This document shows, piece by piece, positions 1 to 8,800 of a DNA stretch of 64,000 bases. A program made the position numbers and the translations under genes. Every line of letters begins with the position of its first letter. The stretch's first letter is position 1. The DNA is from a virus. Where the stretch lies: positions 105,232 through 169,231 of the IMG/VR virus record IMGVR_UViG_3300048033_001096; one strand, given 5' to 3'. The notes below the pieces were generated by a model that saw nothing but the letters and a program-made list of their open reading frames with translations, made no database searches and had not been told where the DNA came from.

Positions 1-189
1 ATAATCACCGTGGACGCAGTGGCTCAGCCTAGCGCCCCTGGTGCATACCCAACACCAATCTACGAACATCTTATGAATGCTCGCGGAGGGTATAAGGCAT
101 ATGAATTAGCACAGGCAACAAAAGAAGATGCAAAGGCACAAAAATACTTAAAAGAATCACTGATTAACATAATCAGTCGACTCCAATAA
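1..189 (+). CDS. gp21: Prohead core protease (T4 gp21-like), 3' end only
   Basis: Frame 1 reads IITVDAVAQPSAPGAYPTPIYE...ISRLQ*. The D-x-V-x-x-PSAP-x-A motif is typical of gp21, and the gene lies directly upstream of scaffold and capsid. Confidence 0.85.
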   Translation: MITVDAVAQPSAPGAYPTPIYEHLMNARGGYKAYELAQATKEDAKAQKYLKESLINIISRLQ

Positions 190-197
190 CAGGAGAA

Positions 198-1307
198 ATG
201 ATAATGTTGGATGCACTAAAAACACTTTTTGAAAACGATGTAGTTTCCGAAGAAGTGCGCCACGAAATCGAAGAAGCGTGGGAATCGAAGATTAAAGAAA
301 ATCGTCGAGCTGCTACTGCTGAGCTTCGTGAAGAATTTGCTAAGAAGTATGAGCACGATAAAGCAACTATGGTAGAGTCAATTGATAAACTACTAGAAGA
401 GCGTCTTGCTTCAGAAATTCAAGAATTTGCAGAAGATCGTAATCAACTAGCTGAAGCAAAAGCGAAGTATGCTGTTGCGCAACGTGAAAATGCAAAATTA
501 ATGAAAAACTTTGTTTTAGAATCACTAAAGAAAGAAGTTAGCGAATTACACGAAGATCAAAAAGCAGCAGCAACAAAATTTTCACAGCTTGAAGAATTTG
601 TGGTAGAAGCACTTGCTAAAGAAATTGCAGAGTTCTACGAAGATAAAAAAGACTTAGCTGAAACAAAGGTAAAACTTGTACGTGAAGCTAAAGACAAATT
701 TGCAGAAGTTCAAAAGACTTTTGTACAAAAAAGTGCCGCATTAGTATCCGAAACAGTTGGTAAAAATCTTAACAAAGAAATGAAACAACTTAAAGAAGAT
801 ATTGAATCAGCACGTAAAAACGACTTTGGTCGTAAACTATTCGAAGCATTTGCTTCAGAATATGCTAACAGCTACTTAAACGAAAAATCAGAAACTGCTA
901 AACTTATGAAAGTGCTTGCACTTAAAGATCAGCAAGTTAATGAGGCAAAAGCGTTAGCTGTTAAGGCTAAGACTCTAGCAGAGACAGCTGCTTCTGAAAA
1001 GAAAGCACTAGTTGAATCGGCTAGAAGAGAAAAGAAATTACACGATTTAGTTTCACCGTTAGGTAAAGCTCAGCGTGATATAATGACAGACTTACTGGAA
1101 AGCGTACAGACTGATAGACTTCAGTCATCGTTTGACAAGTATCTACCAGCAGTTATTGATGGTAACACTCCAGCTAAGAAGAAGGCAGTTTTAGCAGAAG
1201 GCAAAGAAGTTACAGGCAACCGCGAAGAATCTTCGCAAACTAACGTTAGTTCAAAAGCAGGCGTAGACGGCAATGTCGTTGACATTAAACGTCTAGCTGG
1301 ATTATAA
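198..1307 (+). CDS. gp22: Prohead core scaffolding protein (gp22-like)
   Basis: Glu/Lys/Ala-rich coiled coil between protease and major capsid protein. SD AGGAG at 191-195 favours the ATG at 204. Confidence 0.8.
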   Translation: MIMLDALKTLFENDVVSEEVRHEIEEAWESKIKENRRAATAELREEFAKKYEHDKATMVESIDKLLEERLASEIQEFAEDRNQLAEAKAKYAVAQRENAKLMKNFVLESLKKEVSELHEDQKAAATKFSQLEEFVVEALAKEIAEFYEDKKDLAETKVKLVREAKDKFAEVQKTFVQKSAALVSETVGKNLNKEMKQLKEDIESARKNDFGRKLFEAFASEYANSYLNEKSETAKLMKVLALKDQQVNEAKALAVKAKTLAETAASEKKALVESARREKKLHDLVSPLGKAQRDIMTDLLESVQTDRLQSSFDKYLPAVIDGNTPAKKKAVLAEGKEVTGNREESSQTNVSSKAGVDGNVVDIKRLAGL

Positions 1308-1323
1308 TATAGGAGAAATCAAA

Positions 1324-2502
1324 ATGTCAGAACTATTAGAAAGTCGCTGGCAGGACACTAAAACTGCACTTGTAGAAGGTCTTAAAGGCAACAAGAAAGC
1401 TGTTATGGAAGCGACACTAGAAAATACTCGCAGGTATTTAAGTGAAACTGCAACAGCTGGTGCAACTTCTGCAGGTAACGTAGCTACACTTAACCGTGTT
1501 ATCCTACCAGTTATCAGACGTGTAATGCCAACAGTGATCGCAAACGAGTTGGTTGGTGTTCAGCCAATGACAGGCCCAGTGGGTCAAATTCACACACTAA
1601 GAGTACGTTATAGTGACGCATTCGACAGCACAAACGGTACAGACGTAGCTGCTGGCGAAGAAGCACTATCACCATTCAAAATTGCTGAAGGTTATTCAGG
1701 GGACGCTGCTACTGATCGTGCATCAGCTACAGCATCGCTTGAAGGACAAGCAGGCAATAGAATGTCAATCCAGATCTTGAAACAGACTGTAGAAGCTAAA
1801 ACACGCAAACTAAGCGCACGTTGGACCTTCGAAGCTGCTCAAGATGCACAATCGCAGCATGGTATTGACGTAGAAGCAGAAATCATGGCAGCACTTGCTC
1901 AAGAGATTACTGCTGAAATCGACCAAGAAGTTCTTGGTTCATTAGCTTCACTAGCAGGTAATGCTACTGAAACATACGATCAAGCAGCCGTATCAGGTAC
2001 TGCTACTTTCGTTGGTGATGAGCATGCTGCACTAGCAGTACAAATCAACCGCGTAAGTAACTTGATTGCACAGCGTACACGTAGAGGCGCAGGTAACTGG
2101 GCAGTGGTATCACCATTTGCACTAACTATCCTACAGTCAGCAACTACATCAGCGTTCGCTCGTACAACAGAAGGTACGTTTGAAGCACCAACTAACACTA
2201 AAATGGTTGGTACACTAAACAACGCAATGAAAGTATATGTTAACACATATGCAAACGATGCGTCACCAATTCTTATTGGTTACAAAGGTTCAAGTGAATC
2301 AGATGCAGCGGCATTCTACTGCCCATACATCCCACTAATGAGCTCAGGCGTTGTACTAGATCCAAGCACATTCGAGCCAACAGTTTCGTTCATGACACGT
2401 TATGGATATGTTGAGCTAACGAATACTGCTTCGTCTCTAGGTAACGCAGCTGATTACCTAGGTAAAGTTGCTATTACTAACGGTAACGTTAGCTTTAGCT
2501 AA
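1324..2502 (+). CDS. gp23: Major capsid protein (gp23-like)
   Basis: Motifs VIRRVMPTVIANELVGVQPMTGPVGQI, KTRKLSARWTFEAAQD, FYCPYIPL and FMTRYG; possible protease site YLSE/T. Confidence 0.97.
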   Translation: MSELLESRWQDTKTALVEGLKGNKKAVMEATLENTRRYLSETATAGATSAGNVATLNRVILPVIRRVMPTVIANELVGVQPMTGPVGQIHTLRVRYSDAFDSTNGTDVAAGEEALSPFKIAEGYSGDAATDRASATASLEGQAGNRMSIQILKQTVEAKTRKLSARWTFEAAQDAQSQHGIDVEAEIMAALAQEITAEIDQEVLGSLASLAGNATETYDQAAVSGTATFVGDEHAALAVQINRVSNLIAQRTRRGAGNWAVVSPFALTILQSATTSAFARTTEGTFEAPTNTKMVGTLNNAMKVYVNTYANDASPILIGYKGSSESDAAAFYCPYIPLMSSGVVLDPSTFEPTVSFMTRYGYVELTNTASSLGNAADYLGKVAITNGNVSFS

Positions 2503-2523
2503 GTTTTACTTAGAAAGCAAAAC

Positions 2524-2552
2524 AAAAAAGGCGGCTTATGTCGCCTTTTTTT
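2524..2552 (+). terminator. Intrinsic terminator after the capsid gene
   Basis: AAAAAAGGCGGC-TTAT-GTCGCCTTTTTTT hairpin with U-tract. Confidence 0.85.
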
Positions 2553-2574
2553 ATGACTTTTTTTAAAAAAGTGG

Positions 2575-2602
2575 TTGACTTTTATTGTAGTGATGCTATA
2601 TT
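2575..2602 (+). promoter_or_regulatory. sigma70-type (early) promoter
   Basis: TTGACT-N16-TATATT with extended TG; same GGTTGAC...GATGCTATA layout as the promoter at 50256. Confidence 0.7.
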
Positions 2603-2606
2603 AATA

Positions 2607-2813
2607 ATATAACAAGACGTTGTTATATGGGTTGGCGCTAATAATTTCCGCTCTAGAGGAGATAAGCGCACTTGGTTAGGGGTAGTGCCCGGCGTAGAGT
2701 TTGGAGACAAGCAGTACGCACACTGCGATACTAAGCAGAACTGAGGTTCTAGGCGATAGATGAAACGGTATCTGGACGCTTAGTTGGAGGTAAACCCAAG
2801 TCCTTCACCCACC
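2607..2813 (+). ncRNA. Putative structured non-coding RNA, family unknown
   Basis: About 50% GC island with no long ORF, between a promoter and a terminator. Shows many nested helices, a GAGA tetraloop and a long-range pseudoknot (see findings). Confidence 0.6.
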
Positions 2814-2821
2814 TTTATTAT

Positions 2822-2853
2822 AAAGCCCGATGCTTAACTGTGTCGGGCTTTTT
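2822..2853 (+). terminator. Intrinsic terminator of the putative ncRNA
   Basis: AAAGCCCGA...TCGGGCTTTTT. Confidence 0.8.
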
Positions 2854-2861
2854 CTTTATTT

Positions 2862-2960
2862 GATAAATACTATTGTCAGATAGTGTGCCGCAAGGCGGAC
2901 TTATGCTGTACCCACAGCGTAGCTCATAGAACGGGCATAGGACTACTTTTTATAGGAGAA
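2862..2960 (+). promoter_or_regulatory. Late promoter (GATAAATA) plus structured 5' leader
   Basis: GATAAATA at 2862-2869; hairpins GCC-GCAA-GGC and TTATGCTGT-ACCC-ACAGCGTAG; SD AGGAG. Confidence 0.65.
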
Positions 2961-2965
2961 AACAA

Positions 2966-3421
2966 ATGGGAAGACCACTCAATAAAAGATATTTCGGAAC
3001 GCCAACAGCCGGCGGCAACGAAATTAAAGTACAGTTTTGGAACGGAACTGCATCAGTAAACGGCTGGATTGTAAAGCAACTTGGAAGTAAAAAGTTTCGT
3101 TGCACAGACGGCACAGAAGTAGTAGATTGCTACCTAAGTACAAAAGCATCAGCTGACTTAGACGGTTCGCATGCTACAGTACCTAGTTTAGCTGAAATGT
3201 CTATTACAGTTAAAGACGACGGAGGCACTGCACAGCAAGTAACTAAAATTTCAGGACGCAAAGTAACACTTGAAGACGGTACAGTGATCCAGTGGAACTT
3301 CAGTGATGCTACAGATGATGGCGCAGTTGAAATGGAAGAAGCAGGCGATGATGCAGTTATGGATAACGACGATCTTGCACCAGATGCAGATGACTTCGAG
3401 TCAGACGATCCAACGGATTAA
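2966..3421 (+). CDS. Virion structural protein (possible head decoration), acidic C-tail
   Basis: Late promoter and SD; first protein gene after the capsid gene; MGRPLNKRYFG...WIVKQLGSKKF. Confidence 0.55.
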   Translation: MGRPLNKRYFGTPTAGGNEIKVQFWNGTASVNGWIVKQLGSKKFRCTDGTEVVDCYLSTKASADLDGSHATVPSLAEMSITVKDDGGTAQQVTKISGRKVTLEDGTVIQWNFSDATDDGAVEMEEAGDDAVMDNDDLAPDADDFESDDPTD

Positions 3422-3433
3422 GATAAAAGATAA

Positions 3434-3462
3434 AGTAGGGGAGAAATCCCCTACTACTTTTT
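3434..3462 (+). terminator. Hairpin terminator/attenuator
   Basis: AGTAGGGGA-GAAA-TCCCCTACT followed by ACTTTTT. Confidence 0.65.
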
Positions 3463-3474
3463 AAGGAATTATAA

Positions 3475-4761
3475 ATGTCAAAGATAGTAAGAACTACTGG
3501 TACAGATTATCGTATAATAACAGGTCAAGGTGGAGAAATAATACTCGACACTACTAATGGTTCTGACGATTTAAGCGGAAAAGTTATTGTTCGTGGCGAT
3601 TTACAAGTAAAAGGTGGAACGTCTACTATTGAATCTGTTGTTACTACTATTAATGATAATATAATAGTTTTAAGCGCAGGTAATGACCAACCTGGACTTC
3701 CACCAACGTTAGATAGACCTAGAAGTTCGGGTATTGAAATTGAAAGAGGATCTTTAGCAAATTCTCGTTGGGTATACGATGACGGAATATCTTGGGATTT
3801 AGGCGGACTTACTGGACTCGGTGCTTGGATAGGAACACAAGGCGATATTAACGCAGAACAAATTATTCCAATAAAAACTACAGGAATTATATCCGACGGA
3901 ACATTATATGTTGATACAAATGACGGAGTTATAAGTGTTGCTGGCACAAATAATTATGAATTAAAAATTTGGCGTTATGCAAACGGAGTAATTACTCCTG
4001 ATCCTGTAACAAACGAAATTATTCAAGACGATGACAATATTCCAAATACTAAAGCGGTTACAGATTTATTAGATTATAGATTATCTACTATTAATATTGA
4101 TACTATTAGAGAAGATAATTCGTCAGTAGAAGTTACTGATAAAAATAATATTATTAGTTCTATTTTAGAAGTTGGTACTAGAACATTGCTTAGTACACAA
4201 AACAGTCACGGTTATGCTATTAATGACACTGTTGTTATAACTGGTGTACAAAGTAGTCCAAATGATGCAATCATACAAGGACTTTTAGGCAGTTGGACTG
4301 TTACTGATGTTCCTTCTGCTACTTCATTTGAAATTGATGCTAATTCAATCGGTGCAAACATAAACAACTATGTATTAAATTCAGGAAGAACTGTATCAAC
4401 TGAATCAGAAATAAAAGTAACTGTTGAAAGTACTGAAATTGCAAGTTTCTTTAATAATAGAATAAATTTAGCTGATATTGAAATTAGAGGAACTGAAATA
4501 TTTACAGCGTCGAGTAACGACGATTTAATATTAAATGCAAATGGTGCCGGATCTGTTAAAGTTAAAGATACATTAGAGATAACAAAAACTCCAGGCGATG
4601 ACGATATTTTAATAAATCCAAATGCACCTTTAGATGGAATTAAGATTTATTCAAAAACACAAGGAACTGGTAAAACTGGTTTGTACTTCGTTAATGAAGA
4701 TAACTATCAAGACGAAATAATAAGTAAAAGTAGAGCATTGCTGTATAGCATGTTATTTTAA
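3475..4761 (+). CDS. Virion structural/fibre protein
   Basis: beta-rich, with V.GDL.V.G, I.DNII.L and DLILNANGAG motifs shared with the downstream giants; hydrophobic C-terminus. Confidence 0.6.
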   Translation: MSKIVRTTGTDYRIITGQGGEIILDTTNGSDDLSGKVIVRGDLQVKGGTSTIESVVTTINDNIIVLSAGNDQPGLPPTLDRPRSSGIEIERGSLANSRWVYDDGISWDLGGLTGLGAWIGTQGDINAEQIIPIKTTGIISDGTLYVDTNDGVISVAGTNNYELKIWRYANGVITPDPVTNEIIQDDDNIPNTKAVTDLLDYRLSTINIDTIREDNSSVEVTDKNNIISSILEVGTRTLLSTQNSHGYAINDTVVITGVQSSPNDAIIQGLLGSWTVTDVPSATSFEIDANSIGANINNYVLNSGRTVSTESEIKVTVESTEIASFFNNRINLADIEIRGTEIFTASSNDDLILNANGAGSVKVKDTLEITKTPGDDDILINPNAPLDGIKIYSKTQGTGKTGLYFVNEDNYQDEIISKSRALLYSMLF

Positions 4762-4771
4762 GGAAAACAAT

Positions 4772-5119
4772 ATGGCTTTAGAAAACGCAACATTAACAAA
4801 TACACAGTTAGATGTACTTGTTGTACCTGCAAATAAAATATATGCTATAACAAGTATAATGGTGTGTAATACATACTCTCCAACTGGCACAGATCCAAAT
4901 TTAGAAACTGCTAATTTTGATATGCATTTTTGTAAAGATAATCAACCAGTTGCTAACAGTCAAACAACAGTAATTAGAGAATTAGAATTGCCTGCAGGAG
5001 AAACATTTACATTTGACAGCGAAAAGGTTGTTTTAGAAGCTGGAGAAAAGTTATCATTTGTTGGCGATAATGTAAATGCAGCTAATTTGTCAGTATCAGT
5101 GAGTTATTTGGAAGTTTAA
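4772..5119 (+). CDS. Small beta-rich virion protein (paralog family with 15453 and 35370)
   Basis: Shared pattern: hydrophobic strand ending in N, then P(A/N)G/S-type turn, L..G..L.V and terminal (Y/V/G)(L/I)E. Confidence 0.55.
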   Translation: MALENATLTNTQLDVLVVPANKIYAITSIMVCNTYSPTGTDPNLETANFDMHFCKDNQPVANSQTTVIRELELPAGETFTFDSEKVVLEAGEKLSFVGDNVNAANLSVSVSYLEV

Positions 5120-5815
5120 ATGAGACTATTAAAAGCCCAAAACACCAATCTAAGAAATATTTACGGAAAAGGTGTAAAGTATGACGTAAATGGTCAAGTT
5201 ATAATGGACACTACAAATGTTATGCTTGTTCCTAAAGGAAATACTGATGAGTTTATTACATCACCTGTTGACGGGCATATAAGATATAACACTGATTTAA
5301 ATGAATTACAAGTTGTTTCTGAAAACGAATGGCGTAGTGTTAGATATAAAGAACCTAATAACGATCCGGGTATTATACAACAACCTTTAGGTAATGGTGC
5401 TGGAATTGGTACAGGAATAGTTTTATTTGGACCACTAGACAGCCAAGATCCTAATTTAGAATATACTGCTCCAGCAGCAGCGCAAAACATACTGGTGTTT
5501 GTTGAAAATGTATTTCAAATATCAACTACAAACTATACATTAGTACAAAATCCTAGCTCGACTGGAACAGGACAAGAAGTAGAATCAGGAAACTTTATTA
5601 TAGGCGAACAATATATTATTACTGCAACTGGAGTAACAGATTTTGTAACAGAACACGGTGCAGCAGACAATAATCCTGGAACAACATTTACAGCAGCAAG
5701 TGCTGGAACAAGTGATGCTACTGGTCTTGCAAGACTAACTGGGTATTACTTATCCTTTACTTCAGAACCTGATCTAAACAAACCTGTAACAGTGCTACAT
5801 AACTTCGATAAGTAA
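5120..5815 (+). CDS. Virion structural protein
   Basis: VPKG.T...G.IRYNTD motif (also in the giants) and an ILVFVENVFQ domain; coupled to the upstream gene. Confidence 0.55.
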   Translation: MRLLKAQNTNLRNIYGKGVKYDVNGQVIMDTTNVMLVPKGNTDEFITSPVDGHIRYNTDLNELQVVSENEWRSVRYKEPNNDPGIIQQPLGNGAGIGTGIVLFGPLDSQDPNLEYTAPAAAQNILVFVENVFQISTTNYTLVQNPSSTGTGQEVESGNFIIGEQYIITATGVTDFVTEHGAADNNPGTTFTAASAGTSDATGLARLTGYYLSFTSEPDLNKPVTVLHNFDK

Positions 5816-5847
5816 AATCAATAAATACTGTGTCAAGGAGAACATAA

Positions 5848-8800
5848 GTGGCACAAGTAGGTAGAATATCCGGACCATTACTAACAGAAAATCTAGAACG
5901 CAATGGTATAGATTTAGCATTTCGTAATGATTTAAACACAACCCAATTATTATATTTTGATGTTAATAACGGTAGAATTGCCGTTAATCATGATGTGCCG
6001 TCATACGAGTTAGATGTTATTGGGACTACCCAAACAACTAATTTAATTTCAAATTTTTCTAACGTTGCTGGCTATACTATTTCTAACTCGACTTTAAGTA
6101 CGATAGGAAACTTAAATCTTAATGCAGCAGAAGCTATTGTTATGGCTAATATGGAAAATGGAACCATCCGTATTAGTGATAATACTATTAGCACTATAAT
6201 TTCAAACGCAAATATTGATTTAACTCCTAACGGAACTGGAACTACTGAAGTAATCAATGACTTGAATGTGTTTGGCAACATTTACACACCAGGAAATATT
6301 ACATTCGATGGCACAATTACTTTAGGCGATGCAGATACAGACGATGTAACTTTTGAAACAGATGTAAACAGTGATATCATACCGGATCAAAATAATACTT
6401 ATGCTTTAGGTGCTGAAGACAGGCGCTGGGCAACTCTTTACACAAATCTAGTTAACGGTAGATCAGCAAGTGTTGACGGCTATATTCTTAATGAAGTCGA
6501 TCTTTTAACTAGACACGGCGGAATTATATATGTTGCACAAGAAGGCGATGACGCACACAGCGGCGACCATATTTTAGATCCTCTAGCAACTATTTCTGAA
6601 GCACTTTCTCGTGCAGAAGCAAGTGGTGATCAGCCATTTACAATTTTAGTAGCAGCAGGCGATTATCAAGAAGCACTTCCGTTAGTAGTACCTAACAATG
6701 TTAGTGTTATTGGACAAGATATACGTAATACTGTAATTACACCAGATACTAGCAGTCAAAGCGAAGATGTATTTCACCTAAACGATAAAACATTAATTGC
6801 AAATTTAACTATTAAAAATCATTACTATGATAGTGTAAATAACACAGGTTACGCTTTCCGTTTTGCACCAGATGCAATAATGACTGAGCGTTCACCGTAT
6901 ATTCAAAACATAACAGTAATAACAAGTGAAACAAGCGACGGAGACGGAGATGCAGGACGCGGTGCGTGGATCGACGGTGACGAGTTAAATGCAGCAACAG
7001 TGAATAAAACAATGCTGTTCCATAGTTGTACTTTTATATCTCCAGGCGCTGATGTAATTAATATGACAAACGATGTTAGAGTAGAATGGCTCAACTCGTT
7101 TACATATTATGCTAATAGAGGATTATATGCATTTGCTGGAGTAAGTGGCGGCGCAGAACTACGTTCAATTGGCTCAGCCAACGTATACGGTACATATGGT
7201 GCTGTAGCAGACGGTGCTGACACATTAATGTATCTAATACAACACAATTTTGGGTATATTGGTGCAGGTAATAAAAGCGACAATAATCAAGAAGATGCAA
7301 TACAAGCAAATGAAGTTGTTGAATTAAATTCAGGACAAATACATTTTGTTAGTACAGACCAAAAAGGCAACTTTAGAGTTGGAGACAATTTCTTTGTAGA
7401 TTTAGAATCAGGAAATTCTAGTATTAATATTGATACTGCTGATATTGAAACTTTAACAGGACTAATTATAAACACTCCTACCGGAACAACGGTTATTGAT
7501 GCGTCTTATATTACTACAGGAAATATAAGAATTTCAGATAATGAAATTCTTAGTTTTGTAGGAGATTTAAATTTAGAAGGTGCTACTAATACTATTAATA
7601 TTAGTAGTAATACTAATGTTAGCGGATCTCTTAATATTATAGATAACTTTAGTTTTGGCGGCACGTTAAACATTGCAGGAGATCAACCTGGGCGAGACAC
7701 AGCTTCAGATAGGTTAATATTCAATGTTCAATTCGAACAAAATTTTAATCCAAACTTACATTTAAAATATAGTTTAGGAGAAGTTCAACGACCGTGGCTC
7801 AATGCTTGGTTAAACAGGTTAGAAGTAGGAGACATTACTGTTGATGAAAACTATATTACTACTGATGTATCGAATGCAGATTTAGAACTACTTGCAAACG
7901 GCACTGGTATAATTAATATTCCAAACAACAATTTTGTAATTGACAATGCTCTATCAGTAAGCGGAACTACTAGTTTACAGGATGTTCCACTTACAGGAAC
8001 TTTAACTCAAACAGACGATTTTAGTATTACAGGAAATCTATTTACTACAAATGTTAATATTACAGGTAATTTAACTGCATTGTCACAACAACAATTTGAA
8101 GAAATACGGTTCGACGGCAATGTAATTACAACTACTACCTCTGATAGTAATTTAGAATTACGTGCTAGCGGGATTGGTCAAATATTATTACCTAATAATA
8201 GTGTACAAAATAATAACAATCTAAGTGCAGATAATATCTTTAACAATAGTAATATTAATATTACTTTACAAACAGAATTTGGAAGTGCTACTGTAAGCGA
8301 CATTAATATTATAGGAAATTATATTTCTACAAATAATAGCAATGCAGATTTAGAATTACGAGCCAACGGAACTGGTATTATTAGTGTTAACAATAATGTT
8401 AATATAGACAACAACTTAACTATTGGATCTAAAACATTTTTACAAGATGGTAATACAACATACGAATATGGTCCTGAGCTAGTAACTAACGGAACTTTTG
8501 ATAGTAACTTAAATGGTTGGGCACAATCAGGCGGAGGTACTGCTACTGCTACTAGCGGAAATTTAAGAATTAATTCAACAGGTGCAGCAAGAAACGTTTC
8601 TCAAGAAATTGCAGTAGTGCCGGGTAAAACATATGACTTTGAAGCACAATTTAGAAGCGTATCTAATGGAAATCCTTTTTATCTAAGAATATTTGAATCA
8701 GGAGTAGGTACATTACAGGAGTGGAACGAAACTACAGGTCTAGTACCAGATCAACTTTTAACTTTTAGCTTTGTACCGCAAACTACATCAATTGATATTA

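Noticed and set aside
2629-2813. Putative ncRNA as tRNA, tmRNA, RNase P or hammerhead ribozyme
   Set aside because: No GTTCRA T-loop or full CCA end, no RNase P GAGGAAAGTCC/GGCTTA pair in the right order, and no CUGANGA core despite CTGA and GAAAC words.
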